From IMG/VR virus record IMGVR_UViG_3300009149_000091, positions 1 through 41,386 of that record: a DNA stretch of 41,386 nt. The stretch is one strand, 5' to 3'. This stretch comes from a virus. Its lineage: Duplodnaviria; Caudoviricetes. The notes beneath the pieces are model-generated. The model ran no database searches and was not told the DNA's origin. It saw nothing but the letters and a program-made list of their open reading frames with translations. The translations under genes were made by a program, and so were the position numbers. Shown one piece after another: positions 28,787 through 37,239 of this stretch; position 1 is the stretch's first letter, and every line of letters begins with the position of its first letter.

Positions 28787-29674
28787 TTAATTTTTTTTAA
28801 AAAAATCATTTAACCATTTATTTTTTCTTGAAATTTTATAAGAATGAGACGATTTAATACTAAATTCTGTTTTTGTTTTATATTTTAATGATTCAGTCAT
28901 ACAAGTTTCATAATTCCAATAATTTCTTTTCATCTTTTTTTTACCCATATGTTCACATATTTCATCTAACCAATCATTATTTAGAGATGATGAATATGAA
29001 CTTTTTGAATTTTTAGAAAACTCAAATCTTGATGAGTATTTTAATGCTTCTTTTTTACAATTTTCTTTATTCCATATATTTTGTTTTGTCATATGTGAAC
29101 AAATTTCATCTAACCAATTACATCTCAAACTTGATCTATATGATCCTGGACTTTTTAAAGAAAATTCATTTCTATTTTTATATTTTAATGATTCTTTTAA
29201 ACATTTTTCTTTTGTCCATTTGAAATTATTTCCACCTATTCCACCGGTTTTTGATTTATTTAAAATATTCCATCCTTCATTCTTATATTTTTCAACATAA
29301 AAATATTCTAATTTTATAGCTTCATCAACACTTATATAATCTGTTAATTGTTTTATAATTGGTTGTAAATTTGTTTCTTTAATATGTAAAATTACTTTAT
29401 CTTTAATATTTTTTTTCCTACTTTTTTGTCTTTCATTTAAATTATATGTCAATCCAACATAAACAAAATTGTCTGAAAATTCATATGAATATATACATCT
29501 TTTATAATGATTTCCTTTTTTAATCATATGTGAACAAATTTCATCTATCCACTTATTTTTTATACTTGATCTATAAGCACCAGCACTATTATCACAGAAT
29601 TGTTTCCTGCTATCATATTTTAAAGCTTCTAATTTACATTTTTCTTTTGTCCAATATCCATTACCTTTTCTCAT
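28787..29674 (-). mobile_element. Free-standing GIY-YIG-like putative homing endonuclease with four ~45-50-aa repeats
   Basis: CIYSYEF...VYVGLT..L..R...E...ILN; repeats WTKEKC..EALKY.SR.EF...S..Y....NxWLDEICSHM. Confidence 0.75.
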
Positions 29675-29744
29675 TTGTTTAATTTTATTTTTTATATATC
29701 TATATATAAAAAATAAAATATCATAAATTGGAGTATAACCAAAT

Positions 29745-30080
29745 TTATAAAAAGATTAATGGTGTCATTCCAATTAAACAACCAAGTATAATACCAGTTG
29801 TTTCAGCAACAATTATTCTTGTTCTTGATAAAATAAAAGTATCGTCATGTGGGATAATTCTATGAATTGTTTTTTCGGTATATCTACCAAGAATTATTCC
29901 AACCGCATCTGAAAAAGTATTACCCAAACCCGCGGATGTCATAGTACTTATGGACAACATTTGACCCAATGTAACATCAATTGTACTACCCACTGTTACC
30001 ATGATACCATTATCAATTATCCCAAAGACAATAAAAGCAACAGCAACACTTATCATTCTGGCAGCTGTCTTTTTAATCAT
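29745..30080 (-). CDS. TMEM65-like membrane protein
   Basis: FIVFGIIDNGIM..G..ID.TLG..L.ISTM..AGLGN..SD..G and GIILGCLIGMTPL match the TMEM65 family pattern; start moved to ATG 30080. Confidence 0.75.
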   Translation of the reverse strand: MIKKTAARMISVAVAFIVFGIIDNGIMVTVGSTIDVTLGQMLSISTMTSAGLGNTFSDAVGIILGRYTEKTIHRIIPHDDTFILSRTRIIVAETTGIILGCLIGMTPLIFL

Positions 30081-30378
30081 CTTCAATTTCTGTAATATCA
30101 CCATAAGTGTCAACGATCCATTTATGTGCATCATCATGTGATAACCATTCGTTATTCATTGGAACATTATTATAATCATCATTTGTCACATAAGACCAAT
30201 CGGAATCATAAGCTTGACCACCTTCATATGGATCATGCCAAATAGTATATCTTACTTTATTTGTTTTGGTTTTTGTCCCGTCTTTATGATAGACAAATAC
30301 ATTTTCTTTTTGAATAAGAAAACCATTCCCGTTAAAATCATCTGAATTTTTATTCAGTTTATATTTCCAGATTTTCAT
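30073..30378 (-). CDS. Hypothetical protein
   Basis: Start moved to ATG 30378 (MKIWKYK), which is ATGA-coupled to the upstream small ORF. Confidence 0.65.
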   Translation of the reverse strand: MKIWKYKLNKNSDDFNGNGFLIQKENVFVYHKDGTKTKTNKVRYTIWHDPYEGGQAYDSDWSYVTNDDYNNVPMNNEWLSHDDAHKWIVDTYGDITEIEDD

Positions 30379-30503
30379 ATTACTATAGTTAAGATTATTA
30401 GTAGTATTATTTTGTAAAAATTTACCCAACCACAATCCCCACATACTTTTCCAAAGTGAAGAGTATAAATTTTACATTGTTCACAATATTTAAAAGTTGG
30501 CAT
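30375..30503 (-). CDS. 42-aa Zn-ribbon plus hydrophobic tail microprotein, not in the ORF track
   Basis: Translated by hand: MPTFKYCEQCKIYTLHFGKVCGDCGWVNFYKIILLIILTIVI; fills the operon gap, with an ATGA overlap downstream. Confidence 0.65.
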   Translation of the reverse strand: MPTFKYCEQCKIYTLHFGKVCGDCGWVNFYKIILLIILTIVI

Positions 30504-30507
30504 AGTT

Positions 30508-30963
30508 TTAAATATTTAACAAAAGATTTTTAAGTATTGGTCCAACGATTTTTCTTTCTGCTCTATCACCAAATTCTTCTGTTGCGACAGACATCACTTT
30601 ACCCATATCTTTAAGTGATGTAGCACCAAGTTCGGATATAATTTCTTTCGACCTTTGTGTGATTTCTTCTTCTGTCATTTGTTCCGGAAGTTCTGGCAAA
30701 TAAAGTTTAAATACCGTTATTAAGAACAATTCATCATCCATCAAATCAATTCTCCCATTTTTAGAATAAATTGATGCTGATTCAGTTGATTGATTAACCA
30801 TTTTTTTAATAATTTTGATAACTTTGTCATCACTCAAAGTATCAACACCATCTTTAGCTTTTTCTACTTGAAGAGCCGCTTTTATAAGACGTAATGCATT
30901 AAGTCTTTCTTCCGCTTTTTCTAACATAGCGGTTTTAATGTCATTATTAATTTTAGTTTCCAT
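30508..30963 (-). CDS. GatB/YqeY domain protein
   Basis: DIKTAM...LNALRLIKAAL...Y.K.GR.DL...E...YLPE...Q...KDMGKVM. Confidence 0.9.
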   Translation of the reverse strand: METKINNDIKTAMLEKAEERLNALRLIKAALQVEKAKDGVDTLSDDKVIKIIKKMVNQSTESASIYSKNGRIDLMDDELFLITVFKLYLPELPEQMTEEEITQRSKEIISELGATSLKDMGKVMSVATEEFGDRAERKIVGPILKNLLLNI

Positions 30964-31160
30964 TATTTTTCTTTTTTACGAGTAAGTAAGTAAATAAAAA
31001 GAAATGCCAAACCTATACCTATAACCCAAAAAGCAATTTTCATTATAGCGGCACCAAGTTCGATCCAATGAAGGAAAAACCAATAACCACTCGAAAATCC
31101 AATTCCAAAACATACTATGGATAGGATAAGACATAAATAAAAAGTAGTTTTTGTTCTCAT
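30963..31160 (-). CDS. Small two-TM membrane protein
   Basis: 65 aa with two hydrophobic segments and a basic tail. Confidence 0.65.
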   Translation of the reverse strand: MRTKTTFYLCLILSIVCFGIGFSSGYWFFLHWIELGAAIMKIAFWVIGIGLAFLFIYLLTRKKEK

Positions 31161-31168
31161 AATTTTAA

Positions 31169-31666
31169 TTATTTAATTTGATTTTCAATATTTTCATTTA
31201 AATTGTAAATTGGTTTTTCACCATTATCCCAAGGACTACCGATCCAACACCAAACTTTATTATTGGAATCATATTCAATAGTAATATTTTCCCCAGTTAA
31301 CATATCTTTTTGTCCCTCCGAATAAGAATATTCAAACGCTAATATAAGTTGCCTTTCTTTTTGGAAAAAAGATAATGATGATAATTGATTTATGATATCA
31401 TCATTTAAATTATATATTGGTTTTTTCCCACTATCCCAAGGACTACCAATCCAATACCAAACAAAATTTTCTGAATCATATTTAATAGCAATGTTTTTAT
31501 TTGTTATTATATCTTTTTGTCCCTCTGAATAAGCATATTCAAAAGTTGTTTTAAGAGTTTTTGTATAAGTTTTTTGTTGTGAAATCTGTGTAAATATAAG
31601 AACACAAAGTAAAAATATTATAATAACTCCAACTCCAACTCCAACGATTTTTAATTTATAATTCAT
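31169..31666 (-). CDS. Membrane-anchored protein with an internal tandem duplication
   Basis: N-terminal TM; two FEY.YSEGQKD...WIGSPWD.G.KPIYNLN domains 69 aa apart. Confidence 0.75.
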   Translation of the reverse strand: MNYKLKIVGVGVGVIIIFLLCVLIFTQISQQKTYTKTLKTTFEYAYSEGQKDIITNKNIAIKYDSENFVWYWIGSPWDSGKKPIYNLNDDIINQLSSLSFFQKERQLILAFEYSYSEGQKDMLTGENITIEYDSNNKVWCWIGSPWDNGEKPIYNLNENIENQIK

Positions 31667-31690
31667 AATTCATAATTTTATGGTTTCCTA

Positions 31691-31698
31691 CAAATATA
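31691..31698 (-). promoter_or_regulatory. Bacteroidota-type -7 element TATATTTG
   Basis: Intergenic, with upstream T-tract, 24 bp before ATG 31666. Confidence 0.65.
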
Positions 31699-31721
31699 AT
31701 GAAATTTTTGATTAAAAAAAA

Positions 31722-32219
31722 TTAAATGTTTCTTTTCCACATCAATATTTTATTCGGATCGAATACTCTTGAACAATGTCCACACGATGTTTGTCGACCT
31801 CTTTTTGGTAATCTCGCACGATAATATTTTTCACCACAATCGGAACATATAGCAACATATGGATAAATTTTACTTTGTAATTCTTCTTTACCCTTTTTGC
31901 CATCTTTAAAAGAGTTATGATCACCACATCTTTCTCCACTACCACCTAATTCTATATGTTTATTCATCCAAACATAATCATGATTATGTCTCGGACCAAC
32001 AATTGCATGAGCAATTTCATGTGTAATTGTATTAAATACCGATTCATCGGTACAGATTGGAAGTTTGTTACCAGATAATCCAATTTCTTTTTTACGATAA
32101 TTACAATTCCCGAAAGCTCCTTTGTGTTTTGTTACAACTACTTTCCACCCTTCTAATTGAGGATATTTGGTACTCAGTTTTTTGATCAGGTTTTCTGCTT
32201 GTTTTACGATTTTTTCCAT
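31722..32219 (-). CDS. SprT-like zinc metalloprotease
   Basis: G.C.Y...I.LS, THEIAHA..G..H.HD.VW and C-terminal CxxC...CxxC. Confidence 0.88.
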   Translation of the reverse strand: MEKIVKQAENLIKKLSTKYPQLEGWKVVVTKHKGAFGNCNYRKKEIGLSGNKLPICTDESVFNTITHEIAHAIVGPRHNHDYVWMNKHIELGGSGERCGDHNSFKDGKKGKEELQSKIYPYVAICSDCGEKYYRARLPKRGRQTSCGHCSRVFDPNKILMWKRNI

Positions 32220-32629
32220 TTTTCAAAGTTTTCAAATTCTTTTTTAATGTTTTTCGCACCAACTGTATTTTGAGTATGAATAAGAATTTCTGGACATTCC
32301 AAATTATTATTCATTAGATAATTTGTCAACCATTTAGCGGCTTGAAATCCTGTACCTTCTACAACGGTATAGTCTATCCATCCGGTAAGTAGTGTAAACA
32401 TTCGATAATGATAATAATGATCACCTTTTAAGTCATGATCAAAAGAAATAACTTCTGGTAAACCATTTTCTTCTATTGTTTTAACAAAGTCACCAAAATT
32501 ACGCACAATAACCCAATCTAACAAAAAATATTTCTTATTTCCTGTTAAATCGTAAGCACTCATGAAATCGTCACCAAAACTTTGATCTGGGAACCTTTCA
32601 TCATCAAGAAAAAGATTGTATTTTGTCAT
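32204..32629 (-). CDS. Cyclic-phosphate-processing receiver-like domain protein
   Basis: LFLDDERFP...WVIVRN...GLPEVISFDHDL...TG..AAKWL...IHTQNTVG. Confidence 0.75.
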   Translation of the reverse strand: MTKYNLFLDDERFPDQSFGDDFMSAYDLTGNKKYFLLDWVIVRNFGDFVKTIEENGLPEVISFDHDLKGDHYYHYRMFTLLTGWIDYTVVEGTGFQAAKWLTNYLMNNNLECPEILIHTQNTVGAKNIKKEFENFEKWKKS

Positions 32630-32646
32630 CTTGTTAATTTGAAATA

Positions 32647-32654
32647 CAAAATTA
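32647..32654 (-). promoter_or_regulatory. Bacteroidota-type -7 element TAATTTTG
   Basis: Intergenic, with upstream T-tract, 17 bp before ATG 32629. Confidence 0.6.
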
Positions 32655-32679
32655 CAAATATTTCTTTATACAAAAAAAT

Positions 32680-33444
32680 TTAAATGCTGGTTTCTAACAC
32701 TATTAATAGATTATAATCATCAAATTTGGTTAAGATGAATGTATCAAAAACATAAACATCAATAAAACTTGATGTTGTTATTGTGTTAAAATATCTTTTG
32801 GGAAATGTAAATGTTTCATCTTCATGTTCTATTTCACAAATTTTTAATTTCCATTTGTTTTCACCAATGTACAAAACATTAGATTCAATAATAATTTGAA
32901 TGATGTCATTTTCTTTAACATCAATAGTTGTCATTTTTTTAATTTTATCATATTCATGACTTTCTAATCTGAAATTAAACAAAGCTTCATCACTATTCAT
33001 CAATTTGTTTATATCATCCAAATTTATTTCATGTCCAACCAAAATAGATTCACCACTAATGATTCTAACTTCTAATTGTTCACTTTTTATTTTCAAATAA
33101 TTAGCGAAAAATTCATCATCAAACATTATTTCACAAAAAACTCTATCATAATCAGAAAAATTATTAATATAATTCCACAATTTTTTGCCATCTTTCGCAA
33201 TAAAAACGATAGGATTTTCAATTTCAGAAATTACATCTATAACTTCTTCAATTTTAAAAACATAATTTTTAAAAGCATAAATATTTTTAAAATTTTCCCC
33301 TACAAAAGAAAAAACAATTAAATTATCTTTTTCGAATTTGATAACTAATCTCCTATCTATTCTAACCAAATATTTTATTTTATCCAATAAGATTCTTAAA
33401 TTGGATTGATTAATTTCAAATTTAATAGTATCACTTTTAGCCAT
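32680..33444 (-). CDS. Possible DNA polymerase sliding clamp (gp45/PCNA-like)
   Basis: 254 aa, acidic, helix-then-strands pattern repeated twice, directly downstream of primase; no diagnostic motif. Confidence 0.45.
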   Translation of the reverse strand: MAKSDTIKFEINQSNLRILLDKIKYLVRIDRRLVIKFEKDNLIVFSFVGENFKNIYAFKNYVFKIEEVIDVISEIENPIVFIAKDGKKLWNYINNFSDYDRVFCEIMFDDEFFANYLKIKSEQLEVRIISGESILVGHEINLDDINKLMNSDEALFNFRLESHEYDKIKKMTTIDVKENDIIQIIIESNVLYIGENKWKLKICEIEHEDETFTFPKRYFNTITTSSFIDVYVFDTFILTKFDDYNLLIVLETSI

Positions 33445-33472
33445 TGAACATGATTATTTTATAATCTTTATA

Positions 33473-34678
33473 TTATCTGGATGTGTTAAAGTTTTTATTT
33501 TTTGGTTTATCTTTAAGATATATCATATCAAATTTATCCCTAGAAAAATATTTTTCCAAATTTAAATCGAAATAAATATTCGGATTGTCTAATAATTGAA
33601 CAAGTTTATTCATATCTTTTGTATTATCAAGGATTTGTCGGTATTTATAATCACCTTTATCTATATCATCAAATAGTTTTCTCCATAAAAATACACATCT
33701 TCCACTTTCTAACATTTTTTTAGATTTTCTAATACCCGGTTCGTCATTATCAAAAACAAATCTCATATCTATATTTTCGTTCTCTATAATAGATACATCT
33801 GTATCCAATCCCAAAAGAGATATTGAATTTGGGAAAAATATACTATCTAAATAACCTTCAAACGCGTTAACAGGTTGATTGAAATCAATATTTAGAATAT
33901 TATATATGAATGATAATTTATTATATGATACAGCTTCTAATTCATCTAATCTATTATCTGGGTGCATATAATTATAAAGAAATTCAAACTCTTTTTCATT
34001 ATAAATTCTTTTAAAAGGATCATCTTTTAAATTTCTAATTTGAAATCCTAATAATTTGTTATTTGACCTATTAAGAATAATAATAACTGGTTCTTTCCAT
34101 TTATCGGTAATGTGATATACCCCTTGTAAAATATTACTGAAATTTTTAATTTTTCTTCTTGTGAGGTAATCATAACCCATTGTACCTTTTCGAATTGTAA
34201 TTATGTTTGTTAAAAAGCTTCCTTTTTTCGTATTTAAAAAATCAATGTATTCTTTAGCATCTAATACTTTATCTAATATATCAATTGAAAAATCATCTCT
34301 ATGTTGATATGACATATTTGTATTGATATAATCATATATTTGCATTTTCTTTTCCATATCCAGTTGGATACCAAAAGAATCACATAATTTAGTAAATGTT
34401 CTGGAACATGTTGATCTTTCATTGTAACAAACATAAAACATATTACGAAGAAACAAATGTCCACGTTTCATTCCCATACGATTATGAGAATCACCACAAA
34501 TAGGGCACGCAAAATTTAATTCTTTGGGAGCTGATTCATGGGGTCTCAATTTGATCAGCTTTTTTTGTGGATTTGTATGAGCTTTATCGAGAATCTGTTG
34601 AACTACATTCGTAATATAGTCCAAATCTAACACTATTGGTTCTTTTTTATCTGTATTTATCTGAAAATCATCGTTCAT
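33473..34678 (-). CDS. gp61: T4 gp61-like DNA primase
   Basis: NFACPICGDS...KRG...CYN Zn finger; TOPRIM FEGYLDS, FDND..G and KDMN. Confidence 0.9.
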   Translation of the reverse strand: MNDDFQINTDKKEPIVLDLDYITNVVQQILDKAHTNPQKKLIKLRPHESAPKELNFACPICGDSHNRMGMKRGHLFLRNMFYVCYNERSTCSRTFTKLCDSFGIQLDMEKKMQIYDYINTNMSYQHRDDFSIDILDKVLDAKEYIDFLNTKKGSFLTNIITIRKGTMGYDYLTRRKIKNFSNILQGVYHITDKWKEPVIIILNRSNNKLLGFQIRNLKDDPFKRIYNEKEFEFLYNYMHPDNRLDELEAVSYNKLSFIYNILNIDFNQPVNAFEGYLDSIFFPNSISLLGLDTDVSIIENENIDMRFVFDNDEPGIRKSKKMLESGRCVFLWRKLFDDIDKGDYKYRQILDNTKDMNKLVQLLDNPNIYFDLNLEKYFSRDKFDMIYLKDKPKNKNFNTSR

Positions 34679-34731
34679 TTTAAACTGACCCTTTATTTAC
34701 TAATATATAACAAAAAAGGAAAATAGTTTAT

Positions 34732-35331
34732 ATGGATATTTATATAAAATGGGGTGTTGTCATGGATGCTTTAAAAGTAACAGATGAAAAAGTTAGAAAA
34801 TTTATGGCTGAATATGCTGAACATCATCAACAATTAGATAATTTAATATTAACCACAATTAGTTTTGAAAAACCAATTGTACCATGGGGAGGTGAAGGTT
34901 GTATACATTTTATTGATGAGAATGAACAATCAAAATTAATAATGCCTGATGGTTGGGAGAATAAAGGGGAATTTTTTGATTATGCTGATATAGGCCAAAA
35001 TTTATTACCAGTATCATTAAAAGCATTATCTATGATTAAACTTGAAGGAAAAAATGTTCAACTTAAAGCTAATCTTCCAACAAAAAGTTTTAGTTTTTTA
35101 CTTGACAATGATTGGATTATAGAATACAAATCAAGGACTGGAAATAGTTGGATTCAAAAAGTTGAAGGGATATTAATTAATTATCTTACTGATTCAATTA
35201 ATAAGGAACTTGAAACACATGATAATCTTTATATTGATAGTATGGTTAATATGATTTCTTTAAGAAATGATGGAACAATAGAAACACCAAAACCAGTAAT
35301 GTATCTGTATTCGAGATATCATGTAGAATAG
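34732..35331 (+). CDS. Miniature, internally deleted paralog of the major capsid protein
   Basis: Four collinear blocks match the MCP at 26007..27800; own TAATATATA at 34701..34709. Confidence 0.85.
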   Translation: MDIYIKWGVVMDALKVTDEKVRKFMAEYAEHHQQLDNLILTTISFEKPIVPWGGEGCIHFIDENEQSKLIMPDGWENKGEFFDYADIGQNLLPVSLKALSMIKLEGKNVQLKANLPTKSFSFLLDNDWIIEYKSRTGNSWIQKVEGILINYLTDSINKELETHDNLYIDSMVNMISLRNDGTIETPKPVMYLYSRYHVE

Positions 35332-35364
35332 AATTTAATATATACAATAAAATAAAGATTGAAA

Positions 35365-35712
35365 ATGACAAAAGATGAATGTATCATCAGACAAGAGAAG
35401 TTTATTCTATATTTGAATAACATGATAAAAGATATCAGAAATCTAAGAGATGAAATGATAGATTATGATGATGATGTGATCAATGAAAAACTTTTAGGCA
35501 TGCCAGTTAATGAGGAAATAATTGCAGTTTGTAAATTAAAAAATAGTAAAAATACTGAAATTGAAAAAGATGCTAATATTGTAATTATATCGACTCTTGG
35601 AGCTTCTTTATTATGTAGTAGAACAGGTGTAATGGTGAATAAAAAATATTTAAGTGGAGAGGAATTATTAAATTTCTTTTCAAATCAATTCAAAGAAAAA
35701 AACAACTTATAA
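35365..35712 (+). CDS. Hypothetical protein
   Basis: ATG 35365 preferred over TTG 35359; TTAATATATA at 35335..35344. Confidence 0.65.
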   Translation: MTKDECIIRQEKFILYLNNMIKDIRNLRDEMIDYDDDVINEKLLGMPVNEEIIAVCKLKNSKNTEIEKDANIVIISTLGASLLCSRTGVMVNKKYLSGEELLNFFSNQFKEKNNL

Positions 35713-35714
35713 TA

Positions 35715-35903
35715 ATGGAACAAGAATATCAATTAATTAAAGATTCAGCTTTATCGGAACAAGAACTAGATGAACTTCGTGAAATTTTCAAACGTGAATA
35801 CGCGAAGAAAAAAGGGTGGGATGAAAACAATTTAACCCAAGAACAGTTAAATGAAATTTGTTCAGATGATAGATGGAAAGGTAACTTTTTAATAAAATCA
35901 TAA
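35715..35903 (+). CDS. Small hypothetical protein
   Basis: 62-aa ORF packed 2 bp after the previous stop. Confidence 0.65.
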   Translation: MEQEYQLIKDSALSEQELDELREIFKREYAKKKGWDENNLTQEQLNEICSDDRWKGNFLIKS

Positions 35904-35947
35904 ACTTATTTGGATTTATTCACTATAATATCTGGAGACACACACTT

Positions 35948-36265
35948 ATGAACATTTTAGAAGATATTTTAGAAGAAAAAGAACCTGATTTATTATACGC
36001 TTTTGATTTTAAATCCAAATTTAAATTAACAGACACTAGAAACGGTGTTCATATTACTTTCACTTATTTATTCAAACGAGGTTTAACAAAAAAAGAGATT
36101 AGTTTTCTTGAAAATGATTTTTTTAAGGAAACAATTGATGTTAGAGAAATTTCGGGATTGGAATTAAGTGATTTCAATATGAACAAAACATACAATGCTG
36201 TTTTCTCTTTGTGGTATCACGATAACAATACATTTGATTGTTTCTTGCATCATACTGTTCGTTAA
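35948..36265 (+). CDS. Hypothetical protein
   Basis: 105-aa ORF. Confidence 0.65.
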   Translation: MNILEDILEEKEPDLLYAFDFKSKFKLTDTRNGVHITFTYLFKRGLTKKEISFLENDFFKETIDVREISGLELSDFNMNKTYNAVFSLWYHDNNTFDCFLHHTVR

Positions 36266-36319
36266 AAATCGGATTTTTAATTTTAATATATAAACAATGT
36301 AAAAATAACATTGATTTAT

Positions 36320-36832
36320 ATGGAAAAATTTATTAAATCGTACAATTCATTTTTGGAATCAAAAAATTATAATACTGAAGATGAAGTTCAGGCAACAACA
36401 AAAGAAATATTAAACAACGAATTTGATAAAGTTAGAGATGTTGTTTTTAAGGATGATACCGTGACTTTTAAAGTATCACCACTGGATTTTGATACAGAAT
36501 TCGGATTTAGACAAGCCCCAGAATACACGAAAGAAGATGAAGAAGAATTACAACTTGGTCTTGGTTCTGGATCAATGAAGAAAAGAAAAGTTAATGTATT
36601 TCTAACCTACCTTGATGGAAACCCACCAAATCAATTAACCTATTCAATAAGATGGGAAAATATAAACCCTGAAGATTATAAGAAAATCAAAATCGAAGAT
36701 GATGACGATGAATTTATAGACGAATATGAAGAGGAAGAAAGAAGAAGATTAAAAGAAGATGATGTTGATATAACCAAACATGTTAATGATATAGATGATT
36801 TATTTTCTACTGGAAATATAGAAGAGGATTAA
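36320..36832 (+). CDS. Acidic hypothetical protein with CTS-like leader
   Basis: ATG 36320 gives MEKFIKSYNSFLES; TTAATATATA at 36283..36292. Confidence 0.7.
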   Translation: MEKFIKSYNSFLESKNYNTEDEVQATTKEILNNEFDKVRDVVFKDDTVTFKVSPLDFDTEFGFRQAPEYTKEDEEELQLGLGSGSMKKRKVNVFLTYLDGNPPNQLTYSIRWENINPEDYKKIKIEDDDDEFIDEYEEEERRRLKEDDVDITKHVNDIDDLFSTGNIEED

Positions 36833-37239
36833 TGAAACTATTAAAATATAAAGAATATTTAAAAGAAAATTTAAACAACAATATTGTTTATAGAGGTGCC
36901 CCATCCCCAGAATTTGGAAAAGGTAATTGGAGTGGTGTTTTTTGTTCACCTGATATAAATATAGCTAAACAATATCACGGAAATATTTGGAAATATGAAT
37001 TATCAGATGTTAATTTAATAAATGCAAATTTACGTGAATCTGAAGAATTAGCTGAAAATTGGTTAGATAATAGTAATGATCCAGATGTACAATATATTAA
37101 TGAACCAGATGATTTATGGATATTCCCCCCAGATGGTTGGATTGATTTTCTTAGAAAAAAAGGGTATGATGGAATTCAATATGGAACAGATAGATTTATA
37201 TTCAATACTGATAAATTGAAATTAATTGGAAAATTATAA
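36832..37239 (+). CDS. ADP-ribosyltransferase-like protein with CTS-like leader
   Basis: MKLLKYKEYLKE leader; VYRG...GVFCSPD..IAKQY...GYDGI. Confidence 0.5.
   Translation: MKLLKYKEYLKENLNNNIVYRGAPSPEFGKGNWSGVFCSPDINIAKQYHGNIWKYELSDVNLINANLRESEELAENWLDNSNDPDVQYINEPDDLWIFPPDGWIDFLRKKGYDGIQYGTDRFIFNTDKLKLIGKL

Noticed and set aside
31169-31550. Duplicated segment as a DGR TR/VR pair
   Set aside because: Both copies are in one ORF, mismatches are not limited to adenines, and no RT is present in the window.
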